Translations under genes and position numbers: made by a program
Part shown: positions 19,401 to 27,600 of the stretch, one piece after another
Position numbering within the stretch: the stretch's first letter is position 1
How the letters are laid out: each line of letters begins with the position of its first letter
Notes under the pieces: model-generated
The model's database searches: none
What the model saw: only the letters and a program-made list of their open reading frames with translations
Told to the model about the DNA's origin: nothing
From: Eubacteriales bacterium
GTDB lineage: Bacteria > Bacillota > Clostridia > Oscillospirales > QAKW01
NCBI GenBank assembly: GCA_045545315.1
Contig: JAZQAR010000040.1
Location: forward strand, 8,027 to 72,026
Direction: 5' to 3'
Length of the DNA stretch: 64,000 bases

Positions 19401-21411
19401 CGGTATCCACGTTATCGGCATAAGCCTTCAGCTTAACGTCCTTGCCGGCCCAGCATTTATAAATGGTGGGAGCAGCAACGGTCTCTGCTGCATTACCGTT
19501 GCCGGAACGGGCAGCGAATACCGCCAAAGCAAACCAGTTATCGGTAGAGGTATAACCGGTCAGCTCGATCAGACCGCTCTTTACGCCCAGGTCACGGATC
19601 ACAACGCCGGCACCGATAGAGGAGATCAGCGCTGCACCGTCGTGGCCGTTTTCTGCAGAATTTTGAATCCAAACGTTCTCGAAGTAATGACCCATACCGT
19701 TTACGCTGCCGTTAAAGACGGAACCGGCGCACAGAGGAGCCATTGCGGTGTTTTCAAAATCGATGTTAGTCTTAACGTAGATCTTAACGTTGGCAACCTC
19801 TGCACCGGCTTCGGTCAACGCGATCCAGTCTTCCTTGGTGGAAATACCCCAAACGTTATCGTAGTTATAATCCTCATAAAGCTCATGCTGGCTGTATTCG
19901 GGGACAAAGGCCAAATTGGTCTCATCGATGGTTGCACCGGTAATATTAAGACTCATATTATCCAGTGCGGCAATATTATTCTTAATGATCTCTGCATTAG
20001 TGTTGATCAGTTCCTGATCCTGCTCAGCAGCTTCCTTTTTGGCTTCTTCCAAAATAACGTCGCAAGCGCCGTTGATGGCAATCAAAGCCCGCTGGCTGGC
20101 AACATCCATATATGCGGGGTTATATTGAGCAACCTTTTCCTTCAAGGCCTTGATGACCTCAACGTCCAGCTTCTCGGAGGTGTAGATCAACTCGCCGTTA
20201 TTAGCGGGCATAGTCGCCATAGCCCCGGCAACAAAGCCTTCAGGGGCCTCGGTCAAGGTATAGCCCTCTTCGGCAACGGGAACGGTGATCTTATCACCGC
20301 CGTTGGCATAAAGATAAGTAACTTCGCCAACTTGAATGCCCATATTTACCTTCTGAATTGCCAGGCGGTAGGTAGCAGTTGCCTTGGTGGCAACCTCATG
20401 AGCCACACCGGCGCCAACCTTCCAATAACCGGAGATATTCGCCTTGTTCAGTTCCCAAGCGATGGAATATGCATCGTTTTTGGTCAGTACGCGATTGATA
20501 TAAGGAGCATCTGCTCCATTTTTATAATAAGCAAGAGCAGGATAACCTGCGGAGGTATCTACATAGCGAACATCATAGCCTTCCACACCCTGAACCACGG
20601 CGGAATTCAAAGAAGCAGCGGTGGTAGCAGTTGTGTTGATATAGCTGGCAGTGGCAGAAACGGAATCGGGAGTTCCGCTCAGGCCCTTGGTCTTGGTATC
20701 GTTGGCGTTATTCACCGTACCCAGGAAGTAGCAGTTCTTCAAGGTGATAGCCTTACCGTGGTTGGTACGGCCGACCAAACCGCCGACAGAAGCACCGGTA
20801 GAGCACAGCACGGTTGCAGCAGACCAGCAGTTTTCCATAACGGTATCCCAGCCTTCACCCATGATGGAGCCAACACCGTCATAGGAGCCTTCTTTGGTGT
20901 TCTTGGTTCCGCCGACGATCAAACCACTGGCGATACCAAGGTTTTTAACACCCAAAGCACCGTGTAAATAGTTGAACAGACCAACACGATAGTTACCGGG
21001 CTGGTTGATCAGCAGGTTTTTGATGACAAAACCGTTACCGTCCAGGCCGCCCTTAAAAGCATAGTGACCGTTTTCACCATTACCATTTTGACCGATACCG
21101 GAGAAGTTCACCCATCCCATATCGATATCGTTAGCAAGATAGAACATACCGCCGCCGAAGTTTTGCTTATACCCGAAAAGGGCTGCCAGTTTCTCAAAAC
21201 CGGCACGGTCGGTAATCTTATAAAGGGTGGACGAGGAGAAATCTTCATAAGAGGTTAAGGTTTTAACGTCTACCATTGCGGACGTATCCACCAGACCCTT
21301 GGCAGGCTCTTCGGCCACAGCAATTACGGGCACTGCAAAGCAGGCCAGCATACTAATAAGCATACAGGCTGTCAACAGAGCAGAAAGTACCCTTGTCTTC
21401 TTCGTGAACAT
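16471..21411 (-). CDS. giant secreted beta-helix surface protein with C-terminal cohesin-like module plus type-I dockerin (paralog A)
   Basis: A 1646-aa ORF with SD aaggagg before the ATG at 21411. It has a signal peptide (MFTKKTRVLSALLTACMLISMLACFAVPVIAVA). Three modules are introduced by NDIDM/TNIDF/ADIDV and then F.G..DG.G..I.N, with GLUG-like VGGLVG and NxxI beta-helix rungs. A Cys/His cluster follows. The cohesin-like segment contains FVVTYDADVADLVNV...YFKLTFAVKDDAALGES. The dockerin has two Ca-loops, DFDKNGTSGLTD and DVNGDNVVDLVD. Confidence 0.85.
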   Translation of the reverse strand: MFTKKTRVLSALLTACMLISMLACFAVPVIAVAEEPAKGLVDTSAMVDVKTLTSYEDFSSSTLYKITDRAGFEKLAALFGYKQNFGGGMFYLANDIDMGWVNFSGIGQNGNGENGHYAFKGGLDGNGFVIKNLLINQPGNYRVGLFNYLHGALGVKNLGIASGLIVGGTKNTKEGSYDGVGSIMGEGWDTVMENCWSAATVLCSTGASVGGLVGRTNHGKAITLKNCYFLGTVNNANDTKTKGLSGTPDSVSATASYINTTATTAASLNSAVVQGVEGYDVRYVDTSAGYPALAYYKNGADAPYINRVLTKNDAYSIAWELNKANISGYWKVGAGVAHEVATKATATYRLAIQKVNMGIQVGEVTYLYANGGDKITVPVAEEGYTLTEAPEGFVAGAMATMPANNGELIYTSEKLDVEVIKALKEKVAQYNPAYMDVASQRALIAINGACDVILEEAKKEAAEQDQELINTNAEIIKNNIAALDNMSLNITGATIDETNLAFVPEYSQHELYEDYNYDNVWGISTKEDWIALTEAGAEVANVKIYVKTNIDFENTAMAPLCAGSVFNGSVNGMGHYFENVWIQNSAENGHDGAALISSIGAGVVIRDLGVKSGLIELTGYTSTDNWFALAVFAARSGNGNAAETVAAPTIYKCWAGKDVKLKAYADNVDTGYSTFVGRGAAHIDSCYSLVTLESKLLVYGALSGWAQLNSTIRNSYAVFNGVEPVHQFEIVRSGLATEAVMPETRLENIYGVGNGVVCKNDADLVGNNMEVLPADISGVELAYKLNQNYAKDRGEGAKVYDRVYWTVDEDGTVVYGEADEIPLKVTVNANGELFSFYGKKGDTVTLDIGVDATFELVSGKEAALEGDQFTFGYTDAEVKVTSLLTNALDKAIALFEGKDPAYFANPEAIALKMELVKEKVYVNQEAVNKDAKDLVDLYVPAADKAFPASYGVEGFAMGPITFEGFGIEGNDEFPKVGVNNVDDLLYVEAHSTEYTENQTIVLNADIDVKGSGFATLDNLKASVDGQGHTIKNYVAGPDKANRGFLRSYDGTSVKNLVFDYDEDVVYTQAANYSGLLLNDISKACEFDNITFKNGTFVTSQSGWGLVMCGPSRNATLSNITVENCEFRLGAGNNGVLIGRQYFSTTATLKNIRIVNNTYAGTGSGSWLVGAIDDDANPGSNSSTIVAENIVIANNKTVAGHGKNMAALLLAEFYTRKDTPVHTLKLKNVMIYGNDAAKLMVYRNTGEFCGNNVIAENVYTDNAVLTNGSAANVGAMVEREYANAISLRDATTEIDAAKVVTGETVYDYNTKVDADLGIENGTVYFADDTHKVPYKVTFEGIDAPVFYTDVNGKLIGDTSMIRNECSFSVEDPINGPYNADTNVNAYSHYIEDCVSHKDGEHTGTCLFCKEELTLHCDEAEGYPKAYSDKEIKSANAHKCATCGNEWLTDIVMKPMTLDTGISFFAPVGTEVVVPVGAVNDEEVSAMEFVVTYDADVADLVNVDIMDKTCEIELSKEAGKTTVKVTNRYADQALSSDAEGNYFKLTFAVKDDAALGESAVTIDYVSATGLDGAALAEVGDGATKLDVHNLIKGDFDKNGTSGLTDASAMMRYLLSDLDEGDYNLAAGDVNGDNVVDLVDVVELLRSLA

Positions 21412-21477
21412 AGTAGTTCCTCCTTAAAAATGTGCTCAATTTACACTCTTGCATATGAGGGTGCTATTGTATGCTTC

Positions 21478-21545
21478 TATTTTAATACAAAACATCTAAT
21501 TTTTGAATTATCTTATGTTGTTTTTTTTACACGATATGTGAATTC
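21478..21545 (-). promoter_or_regulatory. putative promoter (TTAAAATA box) and upstream CAC-N5-GTG/TGTGAA motif of giant gene A
   Basis: Minus-sense TAAAAT lies at 21484..21479, 68-73 nt upstream of the ATG. Minus-sense GAATTCACATATCGTGT lies at 21545..21529. The same two elements, with identical spacing, occur upstream of paralog B. Confidence 0.45.
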
Positions 21546-21588
21546 TTTTTACTTTTTTATTTTTTCTTGTGAATAATTTACAATGAAA

Positions 21589-21620
21589 CGAAAAAAGGCA
21601 CCTGCCGAAGCAGGTGCCTT
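21589..21620 (-). terminator. rho-independent terminator of giant gene B
   Basis: On the minus strand, aaggcacctgc-ttcg-gcaggtgcctt followed by tttttt, starting 14 nt after the stop at 21634. Confidence 0.8.
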
Positions 21621-21633
21621 ATATTCAATTGGA

Positions 21634-24600
21634 TCAAGCCAGTTTACGGGCCAGTTCAACTGCGTCAACCAGGTCGACGATGCCGTCGCCATTCAGGTCA
21701 GCCAGGATGGTATTGAAGTCACGTTCAATATCCTTGCCCACTAAATGCTTCAGCATATCGGTCAGGTCCACGGTGTTTACAACGCCGTCGGTATTGATAT
21801 CATCGGCTTCCACAACCTTCACGTATGCGGGCTCCTTGGCACCCTCAAAGAGAGTAGCCTTACCGCCAACGTTGGCAGAAACAGCTTCGAAGGCAACACC
21901 GTATTTCTTGCCCAAGGTCACAGCATCCGCAGGAGCGAACTCGGCTTCGACCAAAGCGCCTTCCACGTTGGTATGCTGACCTTCCTTGGCGGTGATGGTC
22001 ACTTCCAAAGTACCCTTAACAGCCTCGGTCACAGAAAGATCTGCAACAGCTGCGGCAGCCTCGGTCAGAACCATACCCTTATAAGTCAGTTCGGCGGGAT
22101 TGTAGGTCATCTTGAACTTCATCTCAGTGATGTTGCGGTTCTGGCTAACGGTGATGGCCAGTTTACCGGAGGTAGCGCCGTTCACCAGAGCAACGCTATC
22201 GGCATCCACAACGGCAATAGCGTTGGTCACGCCGGTCTTCCACTTGCCTTCGCAGTGAATACAGGTCCATTCAGTGTAACCGTCGGACTCATAGGAGGGC
22301 TTCACAACGGTGGGGTTGGGAGCCTCGGTACAGTTCTCCAGGCGGCTGTAACCGCAACCATCGCGTTCACACTCAACAAAGTGAGAGGCAGAAGAAGCTT
22401 CGTTATAAACGTACTTGGTCAGATGGCCCAAGGGCTCACTGCCTTCTTCTACAACGACCTTGTATTCTTCACAAACGGAGCACTGGAATTCTTCGGCAGC
22501 AGCATTTTCACAATCCTGCTCGATCTTACCAACAGACACCCAATCGCAGGGGATACCGCTGTAATCCTTGTCACAGAGTTCGCAGACACCGGAATGAGTA
22601 CCGTCCTTATGGACCCAATCAACCTCGCAGGCTTCGGGTACCACACCGCCGCAAAGATCGCAGGACTTCACGTGCTTGCCGTCTTCGCCGGTGGCATATT
22701 TCCATTCATGGTAGCAGCAAACGCCCATGATCGCGCCGTCTTCGGTATAGGTGAGCGCTGCGGGATCGCCGCCTTCACACATCCATTCCACAGGAATTTC
22801 GGTCTGCATCTTGGAAACCATATCCAGAACGTCGCTCCAGGCGGCGGCATCCAATTTACCCTTGGAATCAGTAAAGATAGAACCACGGATCACGCCGTTG
22901 AGCTGGATCACCTGCTTGGTGGGAGCCAGGATCTCTTCGGTGGCGTAAACCACGTCGCTGTCTACTACGGCAAAAAGCTTTTCGCCGATGGCCTTGTTGG
23001 CCTCATAAGCGGCAGCGCCGTTCTTGAACTGTTCTGCGGTTGCCTTGTTCACGCCTTCAAAGTCGGCAACTTCCTTCAGATCAATTCTGCCGGTGTAGCC
23101 ACCCAGACAGTAAGCGTTCTTAGCATCGGTATAAACGTTTTCGCAAACTACAACGGGATTGGTGGCAGAGTTTGCTACGGTATCAACACCAACCAAACTA
23201 CTGTAGCCGGTACTATTGTTGTAAGCGATCACGTTCCGGAAATAAGCCTTGGTGGAAGCACCGGACATGGTACCGATCAGGGAACCGAATACCTTACCGG
23301 GAACCACATTGGCACCTACGTAATGACCAACGGAGCAATTGCTCAGGATCAGGTTGGTCACGTCCAGGGTCATATTGCCGTTCCACTTACCGACCAACAA
23401 GCCGGATTCATAACCACTGTAAGAGCCGTCATTATGATGTGCGGCATTGTTGGCACAACCGTCGATCAGAACGTTCTTAACGGTTACGGTAGAACCGGCG
23501 CTATATTTATTATAGGCACCGATCAGAATAGCGGTCTGCTCAGCGCTCTTACCCTTTACTTCGCTATCGCGAACCACGATATTTTCGAAGGTATCGTTAC
23601 CGGCGGTACCGCCGCAGATGATACCAACGTTGTAAGCATCCTTTTCGGTATTGTTCGAAACGGAGCAGTTGGTTACGGTGATATTGCGAACGGTGGTGGC
23701 TGCGGTAGCAGTTTGACCGATCACCAGAGCAGAAGCTCTTTCGGTGGTGGAGGTGTGGCAATCGTCAAAGACGATATTTTCGATCACACCGCCGGTGAAT
23801 TCATTAAAGAAACCGCGGGTGGCAACAGCCCAGTTGCGGATCACGTGGTCCTGGCCGTCAAAGGCAGCCTTCAGACCGGCAAAACCGGCAAAGCCGGAAT
23901 TGCCAAGATCCAGATCAGCACACAGATACAGTTTTTGAGCAGTGGTATAAGTAGCGCTCACAGATGCGGCATATTCCAGATCAGCAACAGTATAGATACC
24001 GATCATGGGATATTCAGCATTGCCTTCGATCTTACAATACTGGCTGGAAAGGGAAGCCGGAACGATCTTGCTGCCGTCCAGAGTATAGAGGTCGTTCAAA
24101 GCGGCAACGGATGCATTGATCTGTGCCTGGGTGGTATAAGATACGTACTCGGCGTTTACTTTTTCGTACTTTGCCTTCATGCCTTCGGCATCCACAAAGT
24201 AGCCGAAGTCAACGCTGCCGATCTTCTTCAGCAGAGCCTTCAGAGCGCCGAAGTCCAGAACAACGGGTTGTTCGGGATCGGGATCGGTGCCGGGTTCGTC
24301 AGGATCGGGGGTGGTCTCGGTCTTCACCACAAATTCGGTGTTGCCCTTACCCATAGTCACGTTGTAGCCATCCACGGTACCGGCGCTGCCTTCCTGCAGT
24401 TCCAGCTTATCCAAAGCAACGCCGCAGGAGGAGATGTTCACCTTGGTACCGGGCTTGCCGTACCATTCTTTTACGTTATCACCGTTCACGACCCGTACTG
24501 CATAGTACTGGGTATCGGCAGTACCGAACACGGTCTTACCGCCTTCAACGGTGTAGTAATTTTGAGTGCCGCGGCCTTCAACGTAGTTGGCCCACAGCTT

Positions 24601-27600
24601 ATAAGCCAGCTCACCGTTGGAAACGGCGCTGGTGGAAAGCTTACCGGAATTGGTGTTAATAGCAGAACTATGGCAAATATTAGTGCCACCGACGATCCAC
24701 AGGTTATTACCCAGGTTCACGTTGTTACCGGTACCGTTTGCGCGGTACATATAAATGCTGGCGTTGGAAGCATTGGTCACACCAAAGCTGTTGTTCAAAC
24801 GGCTTGCGTTGGTGTTCCAGTCGCCCAGGTGGGAAACGTGGTTGGGCGTACCGTTGCTTTCGATCTTCGCATAGTTATAGCAGGAATCAAAGGTATTGGC
24901 ACCACGACCGACGATGATACCGTAAGAAGAGTCGTTTTTACAATTAGTGAGTTTCAGAGTAGCACCAGAGCCGGCCCAGCACTTGGTAAAGGTGGCGTTC
25001 ACAGCCCAACCGCAGAAGAGGCCGATACCGTAGTTATCGTTGGAAGCTTGGTGGTTGGTGATATCCACGATACCGCTTTCGATACCCAGATTCATGATCT
25101 TACCGCCGCTCATGTGGGATACGATACCGCCGATAGGCAGGTCGGGATTGGTGCCGTTCATGGTTACGTTCAGGTTTTTGAAGGCATAGCCGTGACCGTC
25201 AATCACACCGGAGTAAGTGCCGCCGTAGTACAGAGGCATGGAGAGCTCGTTCTCCATATCGATATCGTTGGTCAGATGCAGTTCCAGTTTGGGGTTGAAC
25301 TGAGCAGTAGGAACGCTGGTAACAGCCAGCCAGTCTTCCTTGGTGCTGATACCCCAAACGCCGGAGGTGTTGTAATCCTTCAAAACGTTGTAGAGAGAAT
25401 ATCCGGGGATGTTAGGATATTTGCCGACCAGTTCCAGCTTGGTGGTGGCTACCAGGTTTTCCAGTTCCAGCTGAAGCTGATATTTTTCTGCGTCGGTATA
25501 TTCATCGGTTTCTGCAGCCTGTGCCAAGGTCTTGCAGTATCCCTTGATGTATTTCAGGTTGCTGATGGAAGCGGGGGTAAAGAGGTTTTCACCCAGGTTG
25601 CCGTAAATATCGTTAATGGCCTTGATCACGTCCATGTCAAAGCACTTGGCGGTGTATTCCAGCGTTATGTTGGTGTTGGGCATCTTCAGCTTGCCGTCCA
25701 CAACGCCGTCGGGCAGGGTGGAAGCGTTCACCTCATAGCCTTCGATGGTGGGCAGCACCAGGATCTCGCCGGGCTTGGTTGCCTTATAGAAGGTGGGCTC
25801 GCCGGCCTTGAGGCCGCCTTCGCTGACACGCTGAATGAATACGCCGACAACGGTGTTCTCACCGTCGGCAAAGGCCAGGGTATTATCTTCATTCATGCCC
25901 CAAACCGCCACGTCGTTGGCCTGGTTCATATCCAGGGCTACGTCGATCAAGTCGGTTTCGGAGGTGATCATTCCCTGCTCTGCACGCATATGAGCCATAC
26001 CGTAGGTGGGCTCGTTTTCTGCAAAGTAATATACACCGTTGATACCGCCGGCGGTATAGGGATTTATGTCGCTGTAGCCGATGGCGGGAATTGCCGAAGA
26101 GGCACTGGCGTTATAGAGAGCTTCAACTTTAGCATCAGACCAGCAGCCGTTGAACACGGTGCTGCCGCCCTTTTCGGTACCCACCAGACCGCCGATATCG
26201 GTTCCGCGCCAGCAAGCGCCGTTGGTAGCGTAAACGGTACCGGTAGCGAAGCAGCCGTTAAAGGTAGCGCCGCTGGCATAACCGGCCATTAAGCCGATAC
26301 CCTTTCTTGCAGTGGAGGAAACCCAGGCGTGGGTGGTAACGTCTGCATCCACCAGACCCAGATGGTTCACCTCGGAAGCGGCGTAGCCGATAAAGCCGAC
26401 CTGCATTTCAGTCTGGAAATTCTCGGGAACGGCATAGGCATAGGTCTTATAATTCTTGATGACGTGATAGTTACCCTCGATGGGAACGTCCATGGGGTTC
26501 TGAGCAGCCAGAGGCAGATAATACTCGATGGGGAAGATATCCATATCCTTCATATCGATATCTGCTTCGATGCTGATGCTGGTCAAACCAAAATCCTTAG
26601 AATATTCAGAGGCGTTGCTGGTACCGCGGAAAGCGATCAGCAAGCTCAGAGCGAACAGATCGTTGGCGTTATCGATCTTCAGATCACCCATGGGAGCCTT
26701 GGTCTTCACGGCGCCCAGGTTATCGGAGACCTTTTTAAACAAGGAGGACTTTTCAGCAATGGTATTTTCACCAACGTTGGTGGTGGTGTGAGCATGACGC
26801 TTGGAGTAGATCTCGCCGTCCTTATAGTAAGTAATAACGGGATAGCCGGCGGTAGAGGGAGTGAACTTCATTTCATAGCCCTCTTTCTGACCTTCGGCGG
26901 GGATGTTCCCGGCGCCGCCGTTCAGACGGTCGGCGGTATCCTGGGTGGCGAAATCGGCCTTATTCAGGGCAGTACCGTCGTCATCGGTGGTGTAAGAGCC
27001 GCCCACCAGAGAGCTGGTAGACTTCATACGGCCGTCGTTCACATAATAGTTATTGTTACCGACCTTGCCCATAGTTTCGCTGCCGGGACGGATAAAGGCG
27101 GAATGAATGCCCAAAGTAAAGCCGGCACCGGCAACGGTGTTAACACCGCTGAGAATGTTACCGTAAACGTAGCAGTTTTCGATCCGGAATTCGTTCTTAT
27201 CCGTACCTGCGGTGATACCTGCGGCATAGGGATGACGGGTATAGAGCATCCCCAGGAAGGCGCAGTTATACAGAGCAGAGACGCCCACGGCGTTGGAAAC
27301 CAGACCTGCAGAACCGTTGTTACCGCCGGTGATGACAGTAGCGGCAGAGAAACAGTTATACAGCTTCAGGTTCGCATCTGCAATATGACCGCCCACGATG
27401 GAAGCGGCACGGAAGTTCCCGATGATCAGACCGCTGGCGATAAAGATATCGTGGAAGGCTGCATCCTTTGCCGTATTGAACAGGCCGGAGCCATAGGCAT
27501 TGGAGTTGGTGATATACAGGTTATCGATGGTAAAGCCGTTGCCGTAATAAGTACCACTGAAGGGTTTAGACTTATCGGCATTGGAGCCGGCAAGACCGAT

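Noticed and set aside
16654-20967. A 1437-aa plus-strand ORF, the longest uninterrupted frame on that strand
   Set aside because: It lies exactly antisense to, and in codon register with, minus-strand giant gene A, which has a signal peptide, SD, domain motifs and a terminator. The plus-strand ORF has no SD at its ATG, and its translation is low-complexity G/V/I-rich with no motifs. It is explained by absence of TTA/CTA/TCA codons in the sense gene.
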